IMG/VR virus record: IMGVR_UViG_3300028591_000086
Coordinates: 131,467-195,466 of that record
Origin: a virus
Taxonomy: Duplodnaviria; Caudoviricetes
DNA length: 64,000 nt
Direction: 5' to 3' (one strand)
Below are positions 1 through 9,248 of this stretch, piece by piece. The notes under the pieces were generated by a model. The model was given only the letters and a program-made list of their open reading frames with translations. It was not told where the DNA came from and made no database searches. The position numbers and the translations under genes are program-made. The number at the start of each line of letters is the position of its first letter. Within the stretch, counting starts at the first letter, position 1.

Positions 1-1577
1 GTTTCATTTTCATCTTCATCATTATCATCACCAAAATCCCAATCATCATCAGGATTATCTTCATCAGTAAAATTTTGGACTTTATTTATAAATCCGTGTA
101 ATTTACTGAGATTATTTATTTCTTTTTTCTCATCTGAAGATATAACTATATTTGTTTGTTTTTGTTTAGATAAATCGTTTTCAGTTTTAAATCCTAATTC
201 TATTTGTTTATCTAAACGAAGTTTTGCTTCAGTTAATAATTCAAGTGTAGATTTATTATTATTTTTAGGATTATTATTCTTAATATAATCTAATAATTGT
301 TTATCAGAAGCTTTAAGTTTAGAATTAAAATTAGAAATATCAGATTTTGATGTGATAGTTTTTTCAGCTTCAATAATAGGTTTATTAATGTCTTGTATCA
401 TCTGTTTATTAAATTCTTCATTATTTGAAATCGTTGAATTTATATTATTTGAAACTTCTTCACTGTCTCCATCAGAAGAGTTAATCATTTGTGTTACTAA
501 TTCATCAACTTCATTATCTGAAATTTCAGAATTATTAAGACCTATAAGTATTTTCAATGAAGATTTAATAAATCTAAATGTAGAATCAAAACGCATTCCT
601 TTTTCGATAAATTCTTTATAATCTACATAAAAAGCGTGTGTTTCATTATAAAAAATGAATGTAACATGATCCATTTGTTTAATATAATCTTTTAATAATC
701 TTGATATTGGACTATCTTCGAAAGGAGAATCATCTAAAAGACCTATTACAAATTTTAAAATACCTAAATGACTAGATATTTCAGGATCACGTTTTAAAAT
801 ATTTGATGTCAATCTAAATTCTGGATTTATCCAAATATTAGGAATTCGTTTATCTTTGCTTGTTATTTTAAACGGTATTATTATATTTTTAAAATTATCA
901 GCAATTGGAGGAAGTGAAGTTATGTAAGTTGAAAACAGTGGAGATACTTCATTGTTATTACTGAATACTAATCTCAAAATGTTTTGTAGAATAATTGTTT
1001 CAGATGTTCTCATAACAGCTGGTCTACTACACATTTTTAAATTAGGTAATGTTTCGTTTAAAATACCAGTTAAATCGAATACTGTATTTTTAAGATTTTT
1101 AATTATATAACTTGGTAATTGTGTTAAACCTGGTAGATATTTATTCTTAATTTGAATAAAATCTTCAGGTTTATTTGTTTTTATAATTTTTTTGCTGCCA
1201 GGGATAAATGGGTTTTTATAACCCATTTTTCTTGGAAAGACATAATTAAAAATCATTTGTTTATACATGTTTTCGCCAAAAAATAACTTAACAGTTTCTG
1301 CTACTTCACTAGAAGTATGAACTAATGGCAATAATGCAACGTTTGATTTTTGACGAAGTAAAATTCCGTTTTTAGGAAAATCAATTTTATTTTTTCTTAA
1401 CCTAAATAATTTTCCGAATTTCATCACAGGTGGAAGTAATTGTGAATATGCTTCCAAACCAAGAATTTCGTTTGGTGAAGAAATAAATAAACTTTCACCA
1501 GATTTAATTTTACTGGCTCTTAATTTTTCAAAATTGTCAATTGACACGTCGTAAATTTTTGTATTGTCACTGTTCAT
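1..1577 (-). CDS. Large phage protein, N-terminal part, runs off the left edge (not in ORF track); possibly a virion protein or virion RNAP subunit
   Basis: ATG at 1577 (minus strand), MNSDNTKIYDVSIDNFEKL...; frame reads open to the edge, ending in acidic DDWDFGDDNDEDENE; AACA-N6-TG motif upstream at 1651-1662. Function is speculative. Confidence 0.75.
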   Translation of the reverse strand, partial: MNSDNTKIYDVSIDNFEKLRASKIKSGESLFISSPNEILGLEAYSQLLPPVMKFGKLFRLRKNKIDFPKNGILLRQKSNVALLPLVHTSSEVAETVKLFFGENMYKQMIFNYVFPRKMGYKNPFIPGSKKIIKTNKPEDFIQIKNKYLPGLTQLPSYIIKNLKNTVFDLTGILNETLPNLKMCSRPAVMRTSETIILQNILRLVFSNNNEVSPLFSTYITSLPPIADNFKNIIIPFKITSKDKRIPNIWINPEFRLTSNILKRDPEISSHLGILKFVIGLLDDSPFEDSPISRLLKDYIKQMDHVTFIFYNETHAFYVDYKEFIEKGMRFDSTFRFIKSSLKILIGLNNSEISDNEVDELVTQMINSSDGDSEEVSNNINSTISNNEEFNKQMIQDINKPIIEAEKTITSKSDISNFNSKLKASDKQLLDYIKNNNPKNNNKSTLELLTEAKLRLDKQIELGFKTENDLSKQKQTNIVISSDEKKEINNLSKLHGFINKVQNFTDEDNPDDDWDFGDDNDEDENE

Positions 1578-1697
1578 AATTTTCTCTTTGTTTAAAAAAA
1601 TTTATTGATTTTAAACTGTGATTTTTAAAATTTTGACGTTTAATTTCAATCATGAAAATGTTTATTGGGTTTATTAAAATTTAAATTTTTTTTAATA

Positions 1698-2185
1698 AAT
1701 TTTATTTAAAATCTTGATTTCATTTATATATAATTTATATTAATTATTATTATACGAAGTATAATAATAATTATTTTATTAATATTATATATCTAGTTAT
1801 TATATAATATTATTATAACTAGTTATTATATCTAGATATTAATATTAGTTATATAATAATATTAATTATAATTAAGATATTATATTTAGTTATTATATCT
1901 AGTTATAATAACTCTGTATTATTGCTAAATATAATTAAAGTGATATAGCTAAAGTATATCACTTTAATTAATTATAATATAATATTTAGTTATAATATTT
2001 AGTTGTAATATTACATCTCAGGATTATATCTCTCTCTTAAAATATAAATATTACCTAACAATACTGTGTACATTAAATTTTAGTACTTGTATTATAACTA
2101 AAAATATTCTTGTAAATTATAGCTAAAGATAACTAAAATTTAATATAAATTATATATAAACGAATTTTGGATTTTGAATAAAATT
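1698..2185. other. Candidate replication origin: extremely AT-rich core flanked by inverted repeats
   Basis: Perfect 20-bp inverted repeat 1723-1742/2141-2160, extending imperfectly to ~45 bp; internal palindromes and CTAGTTATTATA-like repeats; lies in a 1.4-kb non-coding gap. Confidence 0.45.
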
Positions 2186-2471
2186 TTGATTTTACAAATT
2201 TTAAAATTATTTTTTACAAAAATAAAATGACTTAATTCGAAAAAGTTTGTAACATAATAATACAACACGAAAAATTAAATAAACGATTTTTTAATTTTTT
2301 GACACTAATTGTCCTACCCGCATTATTAGATTCATGAAATGTGGTTGTTTACATTGTCTGTTGATTTTTCTAACGCATTTAACAGATTTGAATTTATTTA
2401 TTTTTTCCGTGTAACACAAAAAATAATAAGGGTTACTTGTTTAGAATCCTTCGAGATATAAATCCGATTTT

Positions 2472-2550
2472 GTTTAGTTATTGTCTGATATTTCGGATAA
2501 GACAATAGAGTTTGACCAATGCAAACCTGAAAGCATTGGAATAACTAAAC
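2472..2550. ncRNA. Small three-stem structured element, orientation unknown
   Basis: GTTTAGTTATT/AATAACTAAAC closing stem; ATTGTCT/AGACAAT and CCAATGC/GCATTGG inner stems. Confidence 0.3.
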
Positions 2551-2991
2551 GACATATAATATTTTCTTAACGCATTTGTTAAAATGCGATTTAATATATA
2601 TTTTTTTAAAAGCACGTGTACTTTTAAATGGTGCTAAATAAAATTGTTTTTAAAATCTCTTAGAATTTATGGATAAATCGACGGATCTTTATTTTTTAGA
2701 GATTTTAAAATATATTTTAATAAAATTTTAAAATCAGATGAATGCATTTAACAATGGGAGTAATCGTAGGTTTTAAATCTTTTACATTCACGAGTCTTAA
2801 ACGGATTGCGTAATCCTAAATAAGATATTTACATGCAGACTGTTGATATCATTAAAGAAAAATAAAAGACCGTAACTAATTGATTTGAAATCGTAGATGA
2901 TAAAACGTAATTGTTAAAGACAAGTTCAGCGGTAAAGACAGACTCGTTTAAAATCGATTTTATTATTTTATTTTAGTTCTTTGACATTTAT

Positions 2992-3025
2992 AAAAAAAAT
3001 AACGCCTGGGCTTATTCCGCCCAGG
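2992..3025 (-). terminator. Intrinsic terminator
   Basis: CCTGGGC/GCCCAGG hairpin with a T-run on the minus strand, downstream of 3042..3266. Confidence 0.6.
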
Positions 3026-3041
3026 TCGCTATTATTTAATC

Positions 3042-3266
3042 CTAATCCTCGAACCACCTATCGTTCCAGTCGGGGTTCTTTTCCCCGTATTCTTCGATCT
3101 CGTCCATCATTTTCGAGATCTTTTTATTTGTTTTATAAACTTTAACAGGATTGATATCCTTATTAAAGTTTCTGTTGACTAAATTGACGCCAACGGCGAG
3201 ACCTATCATAGACCCTACCGCAGCAGCAACTCCACCGATTATTTTTAATATAGTTGATCCTGACAT
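3042..3266 (-). CDS. Small membrane-anchored hypothetical protein
   Basis: GAGGA RBS; Gly/Ala-rich N-terminal TM; TTTATATTATATTATT promoter-like motif upstream. Confidence 0.75.
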   Translation of the reverse strand: MSGSTILKIIGGVAAAVGSMIGLAVGVNLVNRNFNKDINPVKVYKTNKKISKMMDEIEEYGEKNPDWNDRWFED

Positions 3267-3380
3267 GACATTTTCCTCCTTTTCTATTTATTCAATAATA
3301 TAATATAAACGTTTGATTATAGATTGATTAAAATATGTATTAATATTAAATACAAAACAAAATAATGATTGGAGGCGAAT

Positions 3381-4232
3381 ATGTTTGAAAATATGCCATG
3401 GTGGGTATCTGCTATTATAATTATTCTTGCGATTTGTGTTGTATTTGTATTTTTATTAATAGTCATTAAAAATAATAAGGATATAGATGCAACTGCTGAA
3501 ATAGGAGATAATTCGTTCGGGTTACAGGTTCAGAGTAGTAGCAATAATAATCAATCTATAAATGAAAAACCCCATCAAACTTCATTATTTACAGAATATG
3601 AATTTATTAAAAGTTATATTATGTCTATATTAGATTCACATTCGTTGATAACATCGATATTCACGATGATAGCGAATAAAGAAGATATAAATGACAAGAT
3701 ATATCTAAGAATTCTAAAAAACAATGAAATTAATTTTAAACATTTAAATATTAATGTAAAGATTATACAAAAATTGTATAAAAATTATTCGTTGAAAATT
3801 AAAGAAGAATTATCAAAATCTGTTATAAATATTAAGAATAATTTAGAAGATATTAATTCCGTATCATTAAACATAGATAAATTCTGTATGCTATTCGAGT
3901 CCGATAGTTTTATAGATATTATAATTCAGGAGTTTAAAAATAAAGGTTTTAAAACTGAATTATTAGATGGTGATTCTTATTCGGCATCTATTGAAACTCT
4001 AGATGATAAAATATTCAAATCGTTTAAGTATAAGATTCGTAGACATTCTGTTGAATTAGTTAGCGAAATAAAACTAGCTAAAACTCGATTGATGAATACT
4101 GATGATAAAATTATTAAATTATTGTCAATTTTATATTGTGTAAATTCTACATACGATGCTGTACTAAAACACTTATATGAAGTGTATTTTGAATGCAAAC
4201 CTGCTGTCATAGGAGATAGCGAAGGAGTGTAA
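3381..4232 (+). CDS. Hypothetical protein with N-terminal TM helix
   Basis: GGAGG RBS before ATG 3381; hydrophobic WWVSAIIIILAICVVFVFLLIVI. Confidence 0.8.
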   Translation: MFENMPWWVSAIIIILAICVVFVFLLIVIKNNKDIDATAEIGDNSFGLQVQSSSNNNQSINEKPHQTSLFTEYEFIKSYIMSILDSHSLITSIFTMIANKEDINDKIYLRILKNNEINFKHLNINVKIIQKLYKNYSLKIKEELSKSVINIKNNLEDINSVSLNIDKFCMLFESDSFIDIIIQEFKNKGFKTELLDGDSYSASIETLDDKIFKSFKYKIRRHSVELVSEIKLAKTRLMNTDDKIIKLLSILYCVNSTYDAVLKHLYEVYFECKPAVIGDSEGV

Positions 4233-4233
4233 A

Positions 4234-4467
4234 ATGAGTTTAAATGATGCTATTTATGACGATCTTCTAGACGAATCATTTCAAAAAGATTATGACAATT
4301 TTTATAATGATGACGATTGTAATGATTACAATGACGATGAAGATGAAGATTTTGATGATTTTTCTTGGGCAGTATCATCCGATAGTTGTAATCCGTATAG
4401 TATTGGTTCACCATATGATGACGTTGACGATGACGATGATTATTATGATGATTTATTAGATTTTTGA
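4234..4467 (+). CDS. Very acidic small protein
   Basis: 77 aa, Asp-dominated; AAGGAG RBS. Confidence 0.7.
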   Translation: MSLNDAIYDDLLDESFQKDYDNFYNDDDCNDYNDDEDEDFDDFSWAVSSDSCNPYSIGSPYDDVDDDDDYYDDLLDF

Positions 4468-4473
4468 AATAAA

Positions 4474-4503
4474 ATAATCCTACCCATAATAGGGTAGGAT
4501 TAT
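4474..4503. terminator. Bidirectional terminator between convergent genes
   Basis: ATAATCCTACCC/GGGTAGGATTAT hairpin. Confidence 0.7.
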
Positions 4504-4509
4504 ATTTTG

Positions 4510-5121
4510 TTATTTTTTGTTTTTAAAGAATTTAAAAGACGATAAATCAATATTTTCAGCAAGTTTATTACCATACCTAGCAAATAAATATGCAATAACG
4601 TTTGATGTTAAACCATCAATAAACTCATTAGTTCCATATTCTGGTAAAATTAATATCTCTTCTATATTCTCTTTAGGCATATTAGTAAATCTACTTTTAG
4701 TTATAAATTCGAAAACTATAGCAACTAATGTGATTATACAAAAAGATAATAAATACCAAAATAAAATTCTAAGTTTATATGCTGGAACAGGTGTTGACGT
4801 ATCTACGCCAGTTTTTGTAAGACTGCGAAATCCTTCAGCTAAACCGATAATTACTATAAACACATTTAATGTATTAGCAAGTTTTGATATATCTATACTT
4901 AATAAAATTTGATATTTATTGAATGATATAAACATATAACTTAATGCCGCTAATGTAAATGTGTATATAACATAAAAGACGAATTTTAAATCTCTTTGAT
5001 TTAATTTATGTCGTTTTTTCATAAGCATTTGAGATTCAGTTAATTCGTCGTCATCTATGATTCCGTTTTGATTTATATCTTGCGATATATCAAATGATTC
5101 TTCAATAGTTACTCTATTCAT
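4510..5121 (-). CDS. Multi-pass membrane protein with EF-hand-like N-terminal loop
   Basis: DINQNGIIDDDE loop followed by 3-4 hydrophobic segments. Confidence 0.75.
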   Translation of the reverse strand: MNRVTIEESFDISQDINQNGIIDDDELTESQMLMKKRHKLNQRDLKFVFYVIYTFTLAALSYMFISFNKYQILLSIDISKLANTLNVFIVIIGLAEGFRSLTKTGVDTSTPVPAYKLRILFWYLLSFCIITLVAIVFEFITKSRFTNMPKENIEEILILPEYGTNEFIDGLTSNVIAYLFARYGNKLAENIDLSSFKFFKNKK

Positions 5122-6216
5122 CTATTCATGTACCTCATTTATCTTCATCGTATTCTTATTAAAGAATATTGAATTCATTAAAGAATGATTATTCAATATA
5201 CTTCCATCAAGAGATGAAGATATTATTCTGTCATAGAAATTCATTTCTCCTATCAAAGCACACAATGTAATACATATTCCGTACGCGTTTTTTAATATTC
5301 TTATTTCGAAATCTTTATTGTTTTCGTTTACTTCTTTATCGTTAACATTCACATCGTCGAAGAAATTGAATATTGCATCAAGGTTTTTATAGAACACATC
5401 TATAAGATCAAATTTGTTTTTTATAGATAAATTTACGTTGGAAATTGAATAAATTCTTTCACTAGGAGTTTCATACGGATACCCTTTTATACAGAATTGA
5501 AATGCTGTATAATTAATTATGCTTCTAGGGAATAATTGATTTGTATTTCCTGACATCGATGTTATGATATCTGAAACAAAACTTCTGAAAGAATTTTCTG
5601 ATACAGTTAAATATGCGCTTAGATTACTTAGTTCACACAATTTAACTATTAAATCTTTTACGTTTTTAAGTGCTAAGTCTATAAAATCATTACTTTTTAT
5701 TTCATTTCGTAAAGAAGGAAATGAAATGTATGATATTTTTGATTCTGCGGGATAATGTCTATCAGTGTCGTTGTCTGTTAAGATATCTTTATTGTTTTTA
5801 TCAACTAAACAATTGTTTATTATAAAAGTTTCAATCGTTCCTTTTTGAACGTTTTTATCGCTTTTAATTAGCGATACATAAGGTTTTATGATCGCGGATA
5901 AACATTTAGATAAATCTGAAATCGATTGAAAATATTCTTGTCGTTTAGATTCTTTTTCTTCAAAACTTAAACTGTTATTATTTTCAGAAAAATTATCTTT
6001 ACATGTTGAGAATATTTCATCAAAGAAATTATTTGGAAGCAATCTTCTATAATCTTCACTTATTGAAATTGGTAAGAATTTTTTCACAGATGAAAATGTG
6101 GTAATATCGTTTCTTAAATAATATTCTTTGAATTCAAAAGATTTCACGTCGTTTGTTACGTTGATAATTCGATGCTCATTATGAATTGAAGTTCTAGATT
6201 TAATAGAACCGCTCAT
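5122..6216 (-). CDS. Hypothetical protein
   Basis: GGAGG RBS before ATG 6216; AACA-N6-TG motif at 6253-6264. Confidence 0.8.
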   Translation of the reverse strand: MSGSIKSRTSIHNEHRIINVTNDVKSFEFKEYYLRNDITTFSSVKKFLPISISEDYRRLLPNNFFDEIFSTCKDNFSENNNSLSFEEKESKRQEYFQSISDLSKCLSAIIKPYVSLIKSDKNVQKGTIETFIINNCLVDKNNKDILTDNDTDRHYPAESKISYISFPSLRNEIKSNDFIDLALKNVKDLIVKLCELSNLSAYLTVSENSFRSFVSDIITSMSGNTNQLFPRSIINYTAFQFCIKGYPYETPSERIYSISNVNLSIKNKFDLIDVFYKNLDAIFNFFDDVNVNDKEVNENNKDFEIRILKNAYGICITLCALIGEMNFYDRIISSSLDGSILNNHSLMNSIFFNKNTMKINEVHE

Positions 6217-6320
6217 AAAGGCCTCCAATTAATATAAAATAAATTCGCTCATCATATTCATGTTTTTTTATAAAGTATATTACATTTAATTGATATACTT
6301 TAAAATATGGGAGGCCTAAA

Positions 6321-7553
6321 ATGGCAAAAGAAGAAACACGTAAATTGAATATAAATTATTCAAATAAAAATCGTGGGTTTAAGAAAAAGTTTTCTAAATC
6401 AACATTTAAGTCTGGTGAAGAAATTTTACATGATTCTGAAATTTTCAAGAGTGGCGCATTTAAAGAATTTGAAATTGGAGCAAAGTATTGTCTTCCAACA
6501 AATAAATTAAGTGATGAACAGCTTGCAGAAATTAAAGAACTATTTGGACAGGGAGAAGATAAACGTAATATTGTTTCATCTTTCGGCATCAATGATTCTG
6601 GTTGGATTGGAACAACTGTTAAAACCGGTGATATTTGTAGAAATGATCCTGTAAATACTATCGATGTTGTTTCACCAGCTATTGATAAGTATCGAGGTTT
6701 CGCTGAAGGCAATAAAGAACTCTTTGTTTCAAGTTATGGTTACTTCAAAGCAACGATTGATTTTTCTAAATTGAATATGCTTAGCGATCCTTATACTGAT
6801 GAAATTTATTATCCATATGGAGCAATGTTTTTCTCAGATAATAAGCATATGAATCAGTTTGAAGCATCGGTAGCATGCATTCCTAAGAAATACGATGGTG
6901 TAAAAAACAAGAAGAGCATTAAACCTGTTACTTGTGAAAATTGGACAAACGCCGTAATTGAAGGAAACTTTACTCGTCACGGATATCTTGTGATTTTCTA
7001 TGTAAGTGAAGAAATAGTTGAAAATGACAATTATAATCCAACAGTAAAAACTGTAGTTATCGAAATTGCTGCTAAGAAAGATTATAAAACTTCTAAGATT
7101 GAAGATGTATATATTGGAAGAGTTAAAACTTCTTCAGATAATACTTCTGATCTTTGTGGATATATTGTTGATGAAATTTATAAAAAATATGCGACATTTG
7201 TTGAAAAATCAAATGTTAAATATTGTATGATTGATTGGATTTTCTCTGTAGGAAATAATCCTAAGAATTATGACCTTACACTTGAAAATAAACCTAAAGA
7301 TACTAAATCTCCTGATTTCAAGAGCAATTTAAGTATTGGCAACAAACGAAGGGTTGTTGTAGAAAATAACGAAAGTCAAGTTGATGAAGCAAAGGAAGAG
7401 GAAGCTAAAACAGATTGCATTTGTGAATGTGAAACAATTGATGAATCTAGCGTGAGCGAAGCGGATTCTGAAGAATCAGAAGTTTGTGAATGTGAAGCTG
7501 AAGCCGAAACATCAGATGCTGAAGTCGATGTTGACTCTGATAGTGAGGATTAA
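6321..7553 (+). CDS. Hypothetical protein with basic N-terminus and acidic, CxCE-containing C-terminal tail
   Basis: 410-aa ORF, GGGAGG RBS. Confidence 0.85.
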   Translation: MAKEETRKLNINYSNKNRGFKKKFSKSTFKSGEEILHDSEIFKSGAFKEFEIGAKYCLPTNKLSDEQLAEIKELFGQGEDKRNIVSSFGINDSGWIGTTVKTGDICRNDPVNTIDVVSPAIDKYRGFAEGNKELFVSSYGYFKATIDFSKLNMLSDPYTDEIYYPYGAMFFSDNKHMNQFEASVACIPKKYDGVKNKKSIKPVTCENWTNAVIEGNFTRHGYLVIFYVSEEIVENDNYNPTVKTVVIEIAAKKDYKTSKIEDVYIGRVKTSSDNTSDLCGYIVDEIYKKYATFVEKSNVKYCMIDWIFSVGNNPKNYDLTLENKPKDTKSPDFKSNLSIGNKRRVVVENNESQVDEAKEEEAKTDCICECETIDESSVSEADSEESEVCECEAEAETSDAEVDVDSDSED

Positions 7554-7555
7554 TT

Positions 7556-7957
7556 ATGGCCGTAACTAAAACCACTACAGCTAAGACAGCTGCAAAAAAG
7601 TCTGCACCTGCTAAGAAAGCAGCTCCTGCTAAGGCAAAAACACCTGTTAAGACTACTGCTAAAGTAGCAGCTAAACCTACTAAAAAAGCAGAAGTTAAGA
7701 AAACTACTGCTAAAACTGCAGCAAAGAAAGCTACTACTGCACCTGCTAAGAAAGCAGCTCCTGCTAAGGCAAAAACACCTGTTAAGACTACTGCTAAAGT
7801 AGCAGCTAAACCTACTAAAAAAGCAGAAGTTAAGAAAACTACTGCTAAAACTGCAGCAAAGAAAGCTACTACTGCACCTGCTAAGAAAGCAGCTCCTGCT
7901 AAGGCAAAAACACCTGTTAAGACTACTGCTAAGAAAGTAGATGTTAAAAAAAAGTAG
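7556..7957 (+). CDS. Histone H1-like (Lys/Ala/Thr/Pro-rich) DNA-binding protein
   Basis: PAKKAAPAK-type repeats; GAGGA RBS. Confidence 0.8.
   Translation: MAVTKTTTAKTAAKKSAPAKKAAPAKAKTPVKTTAKVAAKPTKKAEVKKTTAKTAAKKATTAPAKKAAPAKAKTPVKTTAKVAAKPTKKAEVKKTTAKTAAKKATTAPAKKAAPAKAKTPVKTTAKKVDVKKK
7602..7932 (+). repeat. Perfect 135-bp tandem repeat (~2.4 copies, 45-aa unit)
   Basis: CTGCACCTGCTAAGAAAGC... recurs at 7602, 7737, 7872. Confidence 0.9.
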
Positions 7958-7986
7958 AAACTAACAAAAAGCCAATAATTAAACAC

Positions 7987-8217
7987 ATGCCTCCTAAAGA
8001 AGAAGTTAAGATTATTCGTGATCATCTAAACAGAGTAACTAAAGCGGCTAGTGATTATGAAAAACCAGTTGCTAAAGCTGCATCTAAAGTCTATGACAAT
8101 AGTAACGAAATAGTCACATCTAGTGTATTCAAGAAAACAAAATCTATAGCTCCTTCAGGTAAAGCATGTGATATTGGTGAGAATCTGTTGGATTCTTTCA
8201 ATGGTAGTCTAACGTAG
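7987..8217 (+). CDS. Hypothetical ORF, probably the -1-frame C-terminal extension of the H1-like protein
   Basis: No RBS; frame is open upstream to the A8G run at 7946-7954. Confidence 0.55.
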   Translation: MPPKEEVKIIRDHLNRVTKAASDYEKPVAKAASKVYDNSNEIVTSSVFKKTKSIAPSGKACDIGENLLDSFNGSLT

Positions 8218-8221
8218 ATTC

Positions 8222-8255
8222 AAATAAACTGGTCTTATATAAGACCAGTTTATTT
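8222..8255 (+). terminator. Intrinsic terminator (perfect palindrome)
   Basis: AAATAAACTGGTCTTAT/ATAAGACCAGTTTATTT followed by Ts. Confidence 0.7.
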
Positions 8256-8274
8256 TTATTTAAAGGAGAAAAAA

Positions 8275-9246
8275 ATGGAATCAAAACAATTGTTTTTAGT
8301 TGAAGGTCCCGATATGTGTGGCAAAACCTTCATCTGCAACCTTATGAAGGAAATTATAGAAGTAGATAAAACTATTAAAGATACTTCTTATAAATATTTT
8401 AAATTCCCACAATATGATCAAACGTTTGGTGATTCTATAATGGATCATTTGATTAATTTTGATCCTAAAAGTATACACATGTTTGAAAAACGTGAAAAAA
8501 TTTCAAATGAATTGATTATCAATAAGATCGATAGTCTTGGTAAGATATTGGATGAAATAAATAAATCAACAGAGAAAAATACAGTTATAGTGTTTGATAG
8601 ATTTACTATGTCCCAATTAGTTTATGATTTGGCATGGACAACTAATCCTAGATTCAGAAACCACATAAATGTATACAGATATTATGATATTAAAAATAAA
8701 TATGCTAGTATAGTGTATAATATGTATAAAAATGCTTTTCCTAAAGAAACATCTATATCATCTATATATTGTAAATCGTCGGTATATATTAAATGTGTAT
8801 CACAAGTTGAAAAAGGTTTACGTAGATTAGATTCATATGATAAAAATAAATTATATCAAGATACTGTTAAGATTTTGTTTCGTTTGATGTATGAAGGTTT
8901 GACTTTTAGGGAACTTCGAACTTGTGTAAGCGGAAGCACGTTGTCTAAAAGATATTGTTCGATACGTTCTATGAAAGAAATAATTTTTGAATCAAAATAT
9001 ACTAAAATCCAACAACCGTATTCGGAACAAAACGTTCGTGTAATACATCCTGATATTATTTATTCTGAAATTTATTCATCTATGGGAATTGAAAAAGTAG
9101 CTAAGGCCATATTAGATCAAGATGAAAAATGTATAGTCAGATTTTTAACAAACCCGGCAAATGCAGACACTATTAATGAAGCAAAAGAAAAGTATATCTC
9201 AGAAATTAAAAATATTTTAACTGAGCTAATAACACAAGGAGTTTAA
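8275..9246 (+). CDS. tmk: Thymidylate-kinase-like dNMP kinase
   Basis: P-loop EGPDMCGKT, KFP motif, FDRF motif. Confidence 0.7.
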   Translation: MESKQLFLVEGPDMCGKTFICNLMKEIIEVDKTIKDTSYKYFKFPQYDQTFGDSIMDHLINFDPKSIHMFEKREKISNELIINKIDSLGKILDEINKSTEKNTVIVFDRFTMSQLVYDLAWTTNPRFRNHINVYRYYDIKNKYASIVYNMYKNAFPKETSISSIYCKSSVYIKCVSQVEKGLRRLDSYDKNKLYQDTVKILFRLMYEGLTFRELRTCVSGSTLSKRYCSIRSMKEIIFESKYTKIQQPYSEQNVRVIHPDIIYSEIYSSMGIEKVAKAILDQDEKCIVRFLTNPANADTINEAKEKYISEIKNILTELITQGV

Positions 9247-9248
9247 TT

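Noticed and set aside
352-621. 89-aa plus-strand ORF
   Set aside because: Antisense shadow of the long minus-strand gene <1..1577
7447-8025. Hydrophobic 192-aa minus-strand ORF
   Set aside because: Antisense reading of the Lys/Ala repeats
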